This document shows, in pieces, positions 10,763-21,016 of a stretch of DNA of 63,638 bases; the first letter of the stretch is position 1, and the number at the start of each line of letters is the position of its first letter. Made by a program: the position numbers and the translations under genes. Source of the DNA: Candidatus Gemmiger excrementipullorum (lineage in GTDB: Bacteria; Bacillota; Clostridia; Oscillospirales; Ruminococcaceae); assembly GCA_019115045.1 (NCBI GenBank), contig DXEI01000023.1, forward strand, positions 1 to 63,638, given 5' to 3'. Below the pieces are notes generated by a model, which saw nothing but the letters and a program-made list of their open reading frames with translations, did not search any database and was not told the origin of the DNA.

Positions 10763-12406
10763 ATGTCGCTGCGCAGACTGCGCGCATTGGGCGCGGCGCT
10801 GACGCTGCTGGCGGGCGTCGTGCTGTGCCGCGTGCTGTGGGTCGCGTCCGACGCAGGGTATGCGGCCAGCGCCGGAGCGCAGACAACGCGCATAACGGAA
10901 CTGCCGCGCCGGCGCGGGGACTTTTACGACCGCCAGGGCAGGAAGCTGACCGGGTACCGGGAAACGTGGTATGCGCTGTGCATCCCGGGGGATGCCAGCT
11001 ATGCGACGCTGTTCCCGTATGTGTCCTACCGGGAACAGGCCGAACTGTATGAGCGCCGCAACGCGGCGGCGCCGTTTTTGATCGAAGTCGGGCAGGACCT
11101 GACCGGGTACGGCGTGCCGACGTATGCGGCGGCGCAGCGGTTTCTGCCCGTGCCCATCGCCGTACACCTGCTGGGCTACCTGGATGGGGACGGCAACGGG
11201 GTCGCCGGTTTGGAAGCAGCTTATGACGATGTGCTGGCGGCGGCAGGGGACAGCCGGACGGTCACCTGCGTTACTTCCGCACAGGGGCGGCTGGTACAGG
11301 GCGGCAGCCCGGATCTGGCAGTTGACCAGCGCGGCACCGGGCAGGGGGTGCAGCTGGCGCTGGACGCACAGGTGCAGCGCTTGTGCGAGGGCATTGCCGA
11401 ACTGACGATGGAACGCGGCTGCATCCTGGTGCTGGAGGCCGCTACCGGCGACGTGCTGGCCAGCGTCAGCATGCCGGCCTACGACCCCGAAAACGTCGCC
11501 AAAAGCATCCGGGCGGACGACACCTCGCTGATCGACCGCAGCCTGCATGCGTTCAGCGCCGGGTCGGTGTTCAAGGTCGTGCTGGCGGCGGCCGCCTACG
11601 AGAACGGCCTGGACTGGTTCACGCATGACTGCACCGGCAGCGTGGAGGTGGACGGGCAAACCTACCGCTGCGCACAGGGGCGCGCCCATGGCGAGGTCAA
11701 CCTGCGCAAGGCTTTGGAGCAAAGCTGCAACTGCTACTTTGTAAAGCTGGGGCAGGCGCTGGGGGGCGAGGCGCTTCTGCAGGCGGCCGAGGCGTTCGGG
11801 TTTGGCAGCCCCGCCGTGGTGGCGCCGGGGCTGAAAAGCAGCGCCGGGGCGCTGCCGGACGATGCTGCGCTGCAAAAAAGCGGCCAGCTGGCGCTGTTCA
11901 GCTTTGGGCAGGGCGGTTTGAGCGTGACGCCGCTGCAGGTGGCCGCCATGACGAACGCCGTGGCAAACGGCGGGGTGCTGCGCACGCCGCGGCTGGTATA
12001 CGGCGTGGTGGACGAAGCCTTGCAGCTGGCAAACCCCGTGCAGCTGCAGCAGCCGTCGCAGGCTTGCAGCGCAGCGACGGCCCGCGTGCTGCGCGATATG
12101 CTGCGCACCGTTGTGGAGGAGGGCATCGGCGGCGAGGCCGCCCCGCAGGCGCTGACGGCCGGCGGCAAGACCGGCACGGCCCAGACCGGCCAATTTGACG
12201 GGGACGGGCAGGAGCTGCTGAACTATTGGTTCAGCGGGTTTTACCCGGCCGACGAGCCGCGCTATACCATCACGGTGCTGCAGGACGGCGTGCTGGAGCC
12301 GGCGGTATCCAGCGCGGAAATTTTTGCGCGCATCGCCGACGGGCTGCACGTATGGGACGATACCCTGCGCACGCAAACGCCGGAAAGCGCGGCAAAAACC
12401 AGTTGA
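10763..12406 (+). CDS. Class B penicillin-binding protein (transpeptidase), probably sporulation-specific
   Basis: SVFK (SxxK), SCN (SxN) and KTG motifs; N-terminal anchor; SigE-like TCATAAT-15-CATACTGT at 10713-10742. Confidence 0.85.
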   Translation: MSLRRLRALGAALTLLAGVVLCRVLWVASDAGYAASAGAQTTRITELPRRRGDFYDRQGRKLTGYRETWYALCIPGDASYATLFPYVSYREQAELYERRNAAAPFLIEVGQDLTGYGVPTYAAAQRFLPVPIAVHLLGYLDGDGNGVAGLEAAYDDVLAAAGDSRTVTCVTSAQGRLVQGGSPDLAVDQRGTGQGVQLALDAQVQRLCEGIAELTMERGCILVLEAATGDVLASVSMPAYDPENVAKSIRADDTSLIDRSLHAFSAGSVFKVVLAAAAYENGLDWFTHDCTGSVEVDGQTYRCAQGRAHGEVNLRKALEQSCNCYFVKLGQALGGEALLQAAEAFGFGSPAVVAPGLKSSAGALPDDAALQKSGQLALFSFGQGGLSVTPLQVAAMTNAVANGGVLRTPRLVYGVVDEALQLANPVQLQQPSQACSAATARVLRDMLRTVVEEGIGGEAAPQALTAGGKTGTAQTGQFDGDGQELLNYWFSGFYPADEPRYTITVLQDGVLEPAVSSAEIFARIADGLHVWDDTLRTQTPESAAKTS

Positions 12407-12431
12407 CAAGCATGCCAAAGGGGCCTATAAT
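12403..12431 (+). promoter_or_regulatory. SigA promoter of alaS
   Basis: Perfect TTGACA-17 bp-TATAAT. Confidence 0.85.
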
Positions 12432-12439
12432 GTACACTG

Positions 12440-12685
12440 TAAAAAGGAAAATGGCGTGGAAGGGGCCAATGCCGGCCGCAACAGTCTACAGAGAGGACGC
12501 CACCTGGTGCAAGGCGTCCGGCTGAAGTTCGGCACAGCCACCCCGGAGCTTTTGGCGTCGAGCCAAACGTGCCTGCGGCGTTAACGCGGCAAAGCGGCGG
12601 CGCGCCTGGCGCGCTGCAACATGGGTGGTACCACGGAAGCGTTCAGCCTTCGTCCCTGCACAGGGGCGTGGGCTATCTTTTTTTC
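12440..12685 (+). ncRNA. T-box riboswitch leader (Ala)
   Basis: T-box GGGTGGTACCACGG (12623-12636), antiterminator partner CGTCCC, terminator hairpin with T-tract; probable GCT specifier at 12548-12550. Confidence 0.88.
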
Positions 12686-12735
12686 ATGGACCTTTTTTCA
12701 ACGCAAAGAACCAATGGATGGGAGAACGTATCGCT

Positions 12736-15396
12736 ATGCAATGGACCGGACTGAACGAACTGCGCGAAAAATACCTGCATTTTTTTGAGACCAAGGATCA
12801 CCTGCGCCTGGGCAGCTTCCCGCTGGTGCCCAAGGACGACCCCAGCCTGCTGCTGATCAACAGCGGCATGGCGCCGATGAAAAAGTGGTTCCTCGGCCAG
12901 GAAGAACCGCCCCGTCACCGTGTGACCACCTGCCAAAAGTGCATCCGCACGCCGGACATCGAGCGCGTCGGCATCACGGCGCGCCATGGCACTTTCTTTG
13001 AGATGCTGGGCAACTTCAGCTTCCAGGACTATTTCAAAGAGGAAGTCATCCCCTGGGCGTGGGAGTTTTTGACCAAAGACCTCGAGATCCCGGCCGAAAA
13101 GCTCTACATCTCGGTCTACCTCGACGACGACGAGGCCTACGACATCTGGACCAAAAAAGTCGGCATCCCCGAAGATCATATGGTCCGCTTCGGTAAAGAG
13201 GATAACTTCTGGGAGCATGGCTCCGGCCCCTGCGGCCCCTGCTCCGAGATCTACTATGACCGCGGCCCCGAACACGGCTGCGGCAAGCCGACCTGCCGTG
13301 TGGGCTGCGACTGCGATCGTTACATGGAGATCTGGAACCTGGTATTCAGCCAGTTCGACTCCGACGGCAACGGCCATTACGAGCGCCTGGCCAAGCCCAA
13401 CATCGACACCGGCATGGGCCTGGAGCGCCTGGCCTGCGTGATGCAGGATGTCGGCAACCTGTTTGAGGTCGATACCGTGGCCTCGGTGCTGCACCATGTC
13501 GAGAAGATCTCCGGCAAGCACTACGGCGACGACGAAAAGAACGACATTTCCATCCGCGTCATCACCGACCACATCCGTTCCACGGTGTTCATGGTTTCTG
13601 ACGGCATCCTGCCGTCCAACGAGGGCCGCGGCTACGTGCTGCGCCGTCTGCTGCGCCGCGCGGCGCGCCATGGCCGTATGCTGGGCATCGACCACCCGTT
13701 CCTGACCGAGCTCGTCGATACCGTCATCACTTCCAGCGAGGCCGGCTACCCCGAACTGCGCGAGCACGAAGCCTACATCAAAAAGGTCGTCGGCACCGAG
13801 GAAGAGCGCTTTGGCCGCACCATCGACGCCGGCCTTACCATCCTCAACAGCATGATCGACAAGCTGGACGCGGCGGGCCTCAAGACCCTCTCCGGCGAGG
13901 AGGCGTTCAAGCTCAACGATACCTTCGGCTTCCCGCTGGACCTGACCAAGGAGATCGCGGCCGAAGCCGGCCTGACCGTGGACGAGGAAGCGTTCCACGC
14001 CGAGATGACCAAGCAGCGCGAGCGCGCCCGCGCCGAGCGCCTGGCCAAGGACATCTCGGGCTGGAGCTCCGATCTGTTTGGCGAGCTGACCGCCGAGCCC
14101 ACGCAGTTTGACGGCTACGAGACGCTGCGCGAAAAAGCAACGGTGCTGGCGCTTTCCGACGGGGAAGAGCTCGTCGACGCCATCGCCACCGACGAGGCGG
14201 GCGAGGCCAAAGAGGGCGTGCTGGTCGTGCTGGACCGCACCCCGTTCTATGCCGAGATGGGCGGCCAGGTGGCCGACCACGGCTTCCTGACCTGCGGTGA
14301 CGCCAAGCTCAAGGTCACCCAGGTCAAAAAGACGCCCAAAGGCTACTATGTGCATACCTGCGCGCTGCTGGACGGCACCCTCAAGACCGGCGACGAGGTC
14401 ACGGCTTCGGTCGACGAAGGCCGCCGCATGGCCATCTGCCGCAACCATACCGCCACCCACCTGCTGCAAAAAGCCCTGCGCGAAGTGCTGGGCGACCATG
14501 TACACCAGGCCGGCAGCTACCAGGACGAGAAGATCACCCACTTTGACTTTACGCATTTCAGCGCGGTGACGCCGGAAGAACTCGAAGCCGTCGAGCGCAA
14601 AGTCAACGAGAAGATCTTCGCCTCGCTGCCTGTCGCCGTGCAGAACCTGCCCATTGAGGAAGCCAAAAAGATGGGCGCGATGGCGCTGTTTGGCGAAAAA
14701 TACGGCAGCGTCGTCCGCGTCGTCGACGCTGGCGGCTGGAGCACCGAGTTCTGCGGCGGCACGCACGTGCAGAACACTGCGCAGATCGGCTGCTTCAAGA
14801 TCCTCAGCGAGTCCAGCGTGGCGGCCGGTATCCGCCGCATCGAGGCGACGACCGGATTTGGCGTGCTGCGCCTGCTGGACGAGCGCACCGACGTGCTGGC
14901 TCATACGGCGGCCGCGCTGAAAGCCAACAACCTCAAGGATGTGGCGGCGCGCGCCGAGGCGCTGGCGGCCGAACTGAAAGAGACCAACAAGCAGCTGGAT
15001 GTGCTGAAAGCCGAGATGGCGGCCGCCAAGGTGGACGGCCTGTTTGAGAACGCGGCCGACGTGGACGGCGTGCGCATCATCTCCGCCTACCTGACGGGCA
15101 CCGGCGCCGACGCGCTGCGCGAAATGGTCGACAAAGTCCGCGACAAAGCGCCCAACGCCGTGACGGTGCTGGTGGGCAGCGACGGCGGCAAGACGATGAT
15201 GGCGGTCGGTGTTTCGGCCAACGCCAAGGCGCGCGGCCTCAAAGCCGGCGTGCTCGTCAAAAAGATCGCGGCCATCGCCGGCGGCAACGGCGGCGGCAAA
15301 CCGGATTTTGCCATGGCGGGCATCCGCGATGTGAGCAAGATCGACGAGGCACTCAACGCCGTGCCGCAGATCGTGCAGGAAGAACTGGACCACTGA
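12736..15396 (+). CDS. alaS: Alanine--tRNA ligase
   Basis: HGTFFEMLGNFSF, IDTGMGLER, editing HTATH...CGGTHV, C-terminal GGGKP. Confidence 0.98.
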   Translation: MQWTGLNELREKYLHFFETKDHLRLGSFPLVPKDDPSLLLINSGMAPMKKWFLGQEEPPRHRVTTCQKCIRTPDIERVGITARHGTFFEMLGNFSFQDYFKEEVIPWAWEFLTKDLEIPAEKLYISVYLDDDEAYDIWTKKVGIPEDHMVRFGKEDNFWEHGSGPCGPCSEIYYDRGPEHGCGKPTCRVGCDCDRYMEIWNLVFSQFDSDGNGHYERLAKPNIDTGMGLERLACVMQDVGNLFEVDTVASVLHHVEKISGKHYGDDEKNDISIRVITDHIRSTVFMVSDGILPSNEGRGYVLRRLLRRAARHGRMLGIDHPFLTELVDTVITSSEAGYPELREHEAYIKKVVGTEEERFGRTIDAGLTILNSMIDKLDAAGLKTLSGEEAFKLNDTFGFPLDLTKEIAAEAGLTVDEEAFHAEMTKQRERARAERLAKDISGWSSDLFGELTAEPTQFDGYETLREKATVLALSDGEELVDAIATDEAGEAKEGVLVVLDRTPFYAEMGGQVADHGFLTCGDAKLKVTQVKKTPKGYYVHTCALLDGTLKTGDEVTASVDEGRRMAICRNHTATHLLQKALREVLGDHVHQAGSYQDEKITHFDFTHFSAVTPEELEAVERKVNEKIFASLPVAVQNLPIEEAKKMGAMALFGEKYGSVVRVVDAGGWSTEFCGGTHVQNTAQIGCFKILSESSVAAGIRRIEATTGFGVLRLLDERTDVLAHTAAALKANNLKDVAARAEALAAELKETNKQLDVLKAEMAAAKVDGLFENAADVDGVRIISAYLTGTGADALREMVDKVRDKAPNAVTVLVGSDGGKTMMAVGVSANAKARGLKAGVLVKKIAAIAGGNGGGKPDFAMAGIRDVSKIDEALNAVPQIVQEELDH

Positions 15397-15436
15397 AGTT
15401 CAGCCCGCTCTACATTCTGATAAAAGGAGGTACCCC

Positions 15437-15781
15437 ATGGAAGACTGCCTGTTTTGCAAGATCGCCGCTGGGCAGATCCCGTCCAACAAACTGTATGAGG
15501 ACGAGACGCTGCTGGCGTTCTACGACATCGACCCGCAGGCGCCGGTGCATTTCCTCGTGATCCCCAAGCGGCATATCGCTTCGGCGGCCGCCCTGACGGA
15601 AGAGGACGCCGCGCTGCTGGGGCATGTGTTCGCCGTCATTGCCGCACAGTGCAAAAAGCTCGGCATTGCCGAAAACGGCTACCGCGTCGTCACCAACGTC
15701 GGCAAGGACGGCGGCCAAAGCGTCGGCCACCTGCACTTCCACGTGCTGGCGGGCCGCAGCCTGGCGTGGCCTCCGGGCTGA
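15437..15781 (+). CDS. Histidine triad (HIT) nucleotide-binding protein
   Basis: CLFCKI and GQSVGHLHFHVL. Confidence 0.93.
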   Translation: MEDCLFCKIAAGQIPSNKLYEDETLLAFYDIDPQAPVHFLVIPKRHIASAAALTEEDAALLGHVFAVIAAQCKKLGIAENGYRVVTNVGKDGGQSVGHLHFHVLAGRSLAWPPG

Positions 15782-15827
15782 GCACTGCACGACCCCCACA
15801 ACGACCGAAAGAAAGAGGAGTCTCATC

Positions 15828-16367
15828 ATGGCAGATACCTATACATTGCACATTGCCGGGCTGACGCGTGAGCTGCCCATCTGCAAAGTGAACGACCACC
15901 TGGACATCGCCGCCTTTATCATGTTCAGCGATGTGGAACTGACCGAGGCCTGCGCCGCCGCGCTGCTGAAAAAAGCGCCGGAGTTTGACGTGATCCTGAC
16001 CGCCGAGGCCAAGGGCATCCCCCTGGCGTACGAGATGGCGCGCCAGAGCGGCAAATACTGGATCACCGCCCGCAAAGGCGTCAAGCTGTATATGCGCGAA
16101 CCGGTCGTGATCGAGGATCAGTCCATCACGACGGCCGGCAAGCAGACGCTGGTCATCGACCAGAAGGACATCGACTACATGGACGGCAAACGCATCCTGA
16201 TCGTCGACGACGTCATCTCGACCGGCGGCTCGCTGCACGCGCTGGAAACGCTGGCCGCCAAAAGCACCGGCACGGTCGTCGGCTGCTGCGCGGCGCTCGC
16301 CGAAGGCGACGCGGCCAAACGCACCGACATCTTCTATCTGGAACCGCTGCCGCTGTTCCTGCATTAA
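15828..16367 (+). CDS. Type I phosphoribosyltransferase (adenine/xanthine PRT-like)
   Basis: AEAKGIPLA and PRPP loop ILIVDDVISTGGS. Confidence 0.88.
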   Translation: MADTYTLHIAGLTRELPICKVNDHLDIAAFIMFSDVELTEACAAALLKKAPEFDVILTAEAKGIPLAYEMARQSGKYWITARKGVKLYMREPVVIEDQSITTAGKQTLVIDQKDIDYMDGKRILIVDDVISTGGSLHALETLAAKSTGTVVGCCAALAEGDAAKRTDIFYLEPLPLFLH

Positions 16368-16370
16368 ACG

Positions 16371-18452
16371 ATGAAACGCGCGCTTGCCTGGTTTGGCCTG
16401 GGCTTTGCCCTGGCCGAAGTGTTTGCCGCGCATCTGCCGCCGCTGGTTTTGCTGCCCGCGGCGGCACTTTTGGTCGTGCTGCTGTTTTTGGCCTGGCGCA
16501 AAGCGGCCCGCGTCCCGCTGCTGGGCGCGGTGTGCGGGCTGCTGGTGTTTGCGGTGTTTTTTCTTGCGGCGGTGTATCCGGTAGAACGCCGCGCCGGGCA
16601 GACGGTGCGCTGTACCGTGACGGTGGAAACGGACGCCGAGACCTCCTACCAGGAGGGACGCCAGCGCGGCACGCTGCGCGTGACGCAGTGCGACGGGGAA
16701 CCGGCCGGCTTTTTGGTACACTGTATGGCGTACCCGGCCGCAGAGCCGGGCGAAAGCTTTACGGCGGATCTTGCGCTGCAAAAAATCGAGGACAGCCCCT
16801 ACCTGATGTCCTACAAAAGCCGCGGCGTCTATTTGGAAGCCGAATATCTCGGCAACTATGCGGCGGCAGAAGAAAGCCGCGCGCCGCGTTTTGCGCTGTA
16901 CCGCCTGCGGCGGGAACTGGCCCGCGTGCTGCAGGCCTGGATGCCGGCGCAGGAAGGCGAGCTGGAAGCCGCCATGCTGCTGGGGCACAAGGACGCTTTG
17001 CGCGACTCTGTGCAGGATGCCTTCCGCGCGGCAGGCGTATCGCATCTGCTGGCGGTCTCCGGCCTGCATGTGGCGCTGCTGTGCGGCATCTTCTCGTTCG
17101 GGCGCCGGCGGCGCTTCGTGCGGCCGCTGATCTTGCTGCGGGCGGCGCTCGTCCTGTTTTATATGTTCCTGACCGGGCTGCCGGTCTCGGTGCTGCGCGC
17201 CGGGCTGGTGTTCCTGCTGGCGCTGGCGGGGGATTTCTTTTTGCAGCCGGTCGACCTGCTGACGTCCACCGGCGCGGCGGCGGTGCTGATCGGGCTGCAA
17301 AATGCTTATGCGCCCTGCGACGTGGGCTTCCAGCTCTCGTTCTGCGCGGTCGTAGGTGTGCAGCTGGCCGGTATGCTCTGCCGCTGGCAGCGCAGCCGTC
17401 TGCCGGTGCCGCGGCACAAAGCGCTGGCCCTGGCGCGTCACGGGCTGCTGCGCGCAGCGGAGGCCGTGCAGGTCGCGGTTTTTGCCAGTTTGGCCACGCT
17501 GCCGGTTTTGGTGGCGCACGGGCTCACGGCCAGCGGCGTCAGCGTTTTGACCAACCTGCTCGTCGTATGGATGCTGCAACCGGCGTTGCAGCTGGGCGTG
17601 GCGGTGCTGCTGCTTTCGGTGCTGCCGCCGCTGCAGCCGCTGGTGCAGATGACCAGCCTGCTGCTGTCGGTCTGGCTGCACTGGATGACGGCGGTCATTG
17701 TGTGGTGCGCAAATCTGCCCGCCGCGCACGTGGACCTGCCGGCCCGGTATACGCTGCTGGTGCTGGCGGTGCTGGGGGCTTTGGCGGTCGTGTTTTGGCG
17801 CGCCCGCAAAATGCTGTGGTACCTGCCGGCGGCCGGTATCTGCACGGCGGTGGCCGTGGCGCTGGGGGTCTGGGCGCAGCGGGATGTCGTGCGCATCGCG
17901 CTGGTGGGCGCGGCCAACAACCCCTGCGTCGTCTGCACCCAAAACGGGCAGGCGGCCGTAGTGTTCCGCGGCGGGCAAAGCAACCTGCGGGCGGTCGATA
18001 CCTACCTGGCCGAGCACGCGCTGCCGGAGGTGACGATGGTCGTGGACCTGCGCCAGGACCCGTCGGAGCTGGATTTTGGCCTGGAACCGATCGCAGTGGC
18101 GGAGCAGGCGGACTTTTATGAAACGTATGCGATACTTGACGGCGTGACGCTGGACTTGTATCATAAAGGCAGCGGGAACCTGGCCGTGCTGGGTGTCGGC
18201 GCGCGGCATATCGCGGCGATGGCCGGCAACATCCGCCTGGACGAGCCGCTGGCCGTCGATGTGTTTTGCGCAGCGGGCGCGTTGTCGGCGTCCGTGCAGG
18301 CGGATGCCATCGTCTACTGTACGGCGTCGCCCGCCTGGGCCGAGGATGCCGGGGACGAACGTCTGTATTACAGCAGCCGCGAGCCGGTCATTACGATCCG
18401 GCCCGGCCGCTCGATGATTTTGGAGGAGGTGGAACCCGGTGCTTTACAGTGA
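16371..18452 (+). CDS. comEC: ComEC/Rec2 competence channel protein
   Basis: GVSHLLAVSGLHV, SVLRAG, GFQLSF; adjacent to holA. Confidence 0.9.
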   Translation: MKRALAWFGLGFALAEVFAAHLPPLVLLPAAALLVVLLFLAWRKAARVPLLGAVCGLLVFAVFFLAAVYPVERRAGQTVRCTVTVETDAETSYQEGRQRGTLRVTQCDGEPAGFLVHCMAYPAAEPGESFTADLALQKIEDSPYLMSYKSRGVYLEAEYLGNYAAAEESRAPRFALYRLRRELARVLQAWMPAQEGELEAAMLLGHKDALRDSVQDAFRAAGVSHLLAVSGLHVALLCGIFSFGRRRRFVRPLILLRAALVLFYMFLTGLPVSVLRAGLVFLLALAGDFFLQPVDLLTSTGAAAVLIGLQNAYAPCDVGFQLSFCAVVGVQLAGMLCRWQRSRLPVPRHKALALARHGLLRAAEAVQVAVFASLATLPVLVAHGLTASGVSVLTNLLVVWMLQPALQLGVAVLLLSVLPPLQPLVQMTSLLLSVWLHWMTAVIVWCANLPAAHVDLPARYTLLVLAVLGALAVVFWRARKMLWYLPAAGICTAVAVALGVWAQRDVVRIALVGAANNPCVVCTQNGQAAVVFRGGQSNLRAVDTYLAEHALPEVTMVVDLRQDPSELDFGLEPIAVAEQADFYETYAILDGVTLDLYHKGSGNLAVLGVGARHIAAMAGNIRLDEPLAVDVFCAAGALSASVQADAIVYCTASPAWAEDAGDERLYYSSREPVITIRPGRSMILEEVEPGALQ

Positions 18453-19470
18453 AAAAGAGCTGAAAAAGCGGCTGCAAGGCGGCTGCCCGCTGTACTATTT
18501 TTATGCGGCGGATGAAGCGCTGGTGCGCTCGGCTGCCGGCAAGGCGCTGCATTTCCTTCACGAGCAGGATCCCGAGACGACGGTGCTGGACGGCCCGACG
18601 CCGACGGTGGAGGAGATCGTGCTGGCGGCGGGGACCATCTCGTTTTTTGGCGGCAAGCGCCTGGTGGAGCTGCCGCTGATCCGGCCGTCGACCTACTCGG
18701 ACAAAGATCTGCAGGAACTGTGCGACACGCTGGCCGATACCGAAAACGCGGTTTTTGTGATGACCAGCGTGATCGAAGAAAAATACGGCAAGCTGCGCCC
18801 CGGCAAACGGGAACAAAAACTCATCGCCGCCTGCGAGAAGATCGGCTACTGCGTACAGATCAATAAACCCGGCCGCCCGGAACTGCAGGCCCTCGCGCGC
18901 AGCTGGGCGGGGGAGACCGGCGCTGCGTTCGCCCTCGGCGCCGAGGCGGAACTGCTGGACCGCTGCGGGGACGACCAGTTCCTTTTGCAAAATGAGATCG
19001 CCAAGCTGGCGGCGCTTTCCGGCTATGGTACCATCACCCGGGACATGATCCGCCAGCTGGGCACCGTCACGCTGGACGCCGATACGTTCGAGATGGTGGA
19101 ACTGGTGGTGGACGGCAAGCTGGACCAGGCGCAAAAACGTCTGAAAACGCTGCTGCAGCTGCAAAACGACCCGCTGTTGATCACTGGGGCGCTGGCCGGC
19201 AACTACCTTGACCTGTACCGGGTATTGCTGGCCAAACGCAGCCGCCGCAGCCTGGCCGATGTCGCCAAAGACTTTGGCTATGGCGGTAAATGGAGCTACC
19301 GCCTGGGCAAGGTCGAAAAAAACGCGGTGCGCTTTAAACGCCACCGGCTGGAACAGTGCCTGTGCATTTTGCAGCAGCTGGACCTGGACCTCAAAGGCAG
19401 CAAGCTGGACGCAGAGCTTTTGCTGCAAAAGGCGCTGTGCGAGCTGGCGCAGGCCGGGAGGGGCGCATGA
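18439..19470 (+). CDS. holA: DNA polymerase III subunit delta
   Basis: YYFYAADE, SFFGGKRLV, NEIAKL, LDLDLKGS; follows comEC. Confidence 0.88.
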   Translation: MLYSEKELKKRLQGGCPLYYFYAADEALVRSAAGKALHFLHEQDPETTVLDGPTPTVEEIVLAAGTISFFGGKRLVELPLIRPSTYSDKDLQELCDTLADTENAVFVMTSVIEEKYGKLRPGKREQKLIAACEKIGYCVQINKPGRPELQALARSWAGETGAAFALGAEAELLDRCGDDQFLLQNEIAKLAALSGYGTITRDMIRQLGTVTLDADTFEMVELVVDGKLDQAQKRLKTLLQLQNDPLLITGALAGNYLDLYRVLLAKRSRRSLADVAKDFGYGGKWSYRLGKVEKNAVRFKRHRLEQCLCILQQLDLDLKGSKLDAELLLQKALCELAQAGRGA

Positions 19471-20078
19471 TCCGGCTGCGGCAGGCCCTGGTGGTGGAAG
19501 GAAAATACGACGCCGCGCGCCTGGCCAACCTGGTGGACGGCACCATCCTGACGACGGACGGCTTCCGCGTGCTGAAGGACCGCGCGTTGCAGGACCTGCT
19601 CAAACGGCTGGCCCAGGCGCAGGGGCTGATCCTGCTGACGGATTCCGACGCGGCAGGCTTCCAGATCCGCCATTTCGTCACCGGCCTGGTGGGGGCGCAG
19701 CATGTGCTGCAAGCCTATGTGCCGGCCATCCCCGGCAAGGAGGGCCGCAAGGCACAGCCGGGCAAAGAGGGCCTGCTGGGGGTGGAGGGCGTGCCCGACG
19801 AAGCGATCTTGCAGGGGCTGCAAACCGCGCTGGCAGGCGCGCAGCCGCCGCAGCAAGAGACCGACGCGCCGCAGCGCGCCATCACCTACACCGACCTGTA
19901 TGCGTGGGGGCTTTCCGGTACGGCGAACAGCGCCGCGTTCCGCCGCCGCTTTCTGCGCAAGCTGGGCCTGCCGCCGCGCCTGAGCAAAAAAGAACTGCTG
20001 GCGGTGCTCAACACGTTATATACGTACGAGGGGCTGTGCGCCCAGCTGCAGCCGGAGGTGCAAACATCGGATGGGTGA
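19467..20078 (+). CDS. Toprim domain protein, ribonuclease M5-like (DUF4093 C-terminus)
   Basis: VVEGKYD, LTDSDAAGFQIR, GVEG. Confidence 0.82.
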   Translation: MIRLRQALVVEGKYDAARLANLVDGTILTTDGFRVLKDRALQDLLKRLAQAQGLILLTDSDAAGFQIRHFVTGLVGAQHVLQAYVPAIPGKEGRKAQPGKEGLLGVEGVPDEAILQGLQTALAGAQPPQQETDAPQRAITYTDLYAWGLSGTANSAAFRRRFLRKLGLPPRLSKKELLAVLNTLYTYEGLCAQLQPEVQTSDG

Positions 20079-20955
20079 CGAACTCAAAATCGCTCTTTTG
20101 CAGATCGCGCCGTGCGATACGCTGCAAGAAAATCTTGAAAAAGGACGGGCCGCCTGCCGCAAAGCCAAAGCGCAGGGGGCAGATATCGCCTTGTTCCCAG
20201 AGATGTGGAGCAACGGCTACCGCCTGTACGACCGGCCGGTGGGCGACTGGAAGGCGGAAGCGATCCCGGCAGACGGGGCGTTCGTGCAGGCGTTTGGCCG
20301 TTTGGCGCAGGAACTGGAGATGGCGATCGGCATCACGTTGCTGGAAAAACACCCGGGCGCTCCGCGCAACACGCTGGTGCTGTTCGACCGCCGCGGCAGG
20401 CGCTGCCTAACCTACGCCAAGGTGCATACCTGCGATTTTGACGTCGAACGGCACTTGACGCCGGGCGAGGCGTTTACCGTGGCGGAGCTGGATACGGCCT
20501 GCGGCCCGGTACGGGTGGGCGCCATGATCTGCTACGACCGCGAATTCCCCGAGAGTGCGCGCATCTTAATGCTGCAGGGGGCGGAGCTGATCTTGGTGCC
20601 CAATGCCTGCCCGATGGAGATCAACCGTCTGGCCCAGCTGCGGGCCCGCGCTTATGAAAACATGGTGGCGGTCGCGACCTGCAACTACCCCGATACCGTG
20701 CCGGACTGCAACGGCGGTTCCAGCGTGTTTGACGGCGTGGCCTACCTGCCGGGGCAGGCGGGGTCCCGCGATACCTGCCTGCTGCAAGCGGGCGGGGCCG
20801 AGGGGGTCTATACGGCGTCGCTGGACCTTACGATGCTGCGCCGCTACCGCGAGACCGAGATGCAGGGCGACGCCTACCGCCGTCCGCAACTGTATACGCC
20901 GCTGACCGATACGCAGCAGCGCCCGCCGTTTTGCCGGCCGCACCCGCGCCGGTAA
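20071..20955 (+). CDS. Carbon-nitrogen hydrolase (nitrilase superfamily)
   Basis: E-K-C triad: FPEMWS, YAKVH, ICYDREFPE. Confidence 0.92.
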   Translation: MGDELKIALLQIAPCDTLQENLEKGRAACRKAKAQGADIALFPEMWSNGYRLYDRPVGDWKAEAIPADGAFVQAFGRLAQELEMAIGITLLEKHPGAPRNTLVLFDRRGRRCLTYAKVHTCDFDVERHLTPGEAFTVAELDTACGPVRVGAMICYDREFPESARILMLQGAELILVPNACPMEINRLAQLRARAYENMVAVATCNYPDTVPDCNGGSSVFDGVAYLPGQAGSRDTCLLQAGGAEGVYTASLDLTMLRRYRETEMQGDAYRRPQLYTPLTDTQQRPPFCRPHPRR

Positions 20956-20972
20956 GTGTAAATAGGCAAAAC

Positions 20973-21005
20973 AAAAGACTGCATCATCTGATGCAGTCTT
21001 TTTTT
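20973..21005. terminator. Bidirectional terminator between convergent genes
   Basis: AAAAGACTGCATCA / TGATGCAGTCTTTT. Confidence 0.8.
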
Positions 21006-21016
21006 GGTGGGTGTGT

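Noticed and set aside
12673-15393. Very long antisense ORFs (also 24351-28256, 39295-42537, 49312-52584 and others)
   Set aside because: They are mirror-frame shadows of real genes caused by high GC3 codon bias; they have no RBS or domain motifs.
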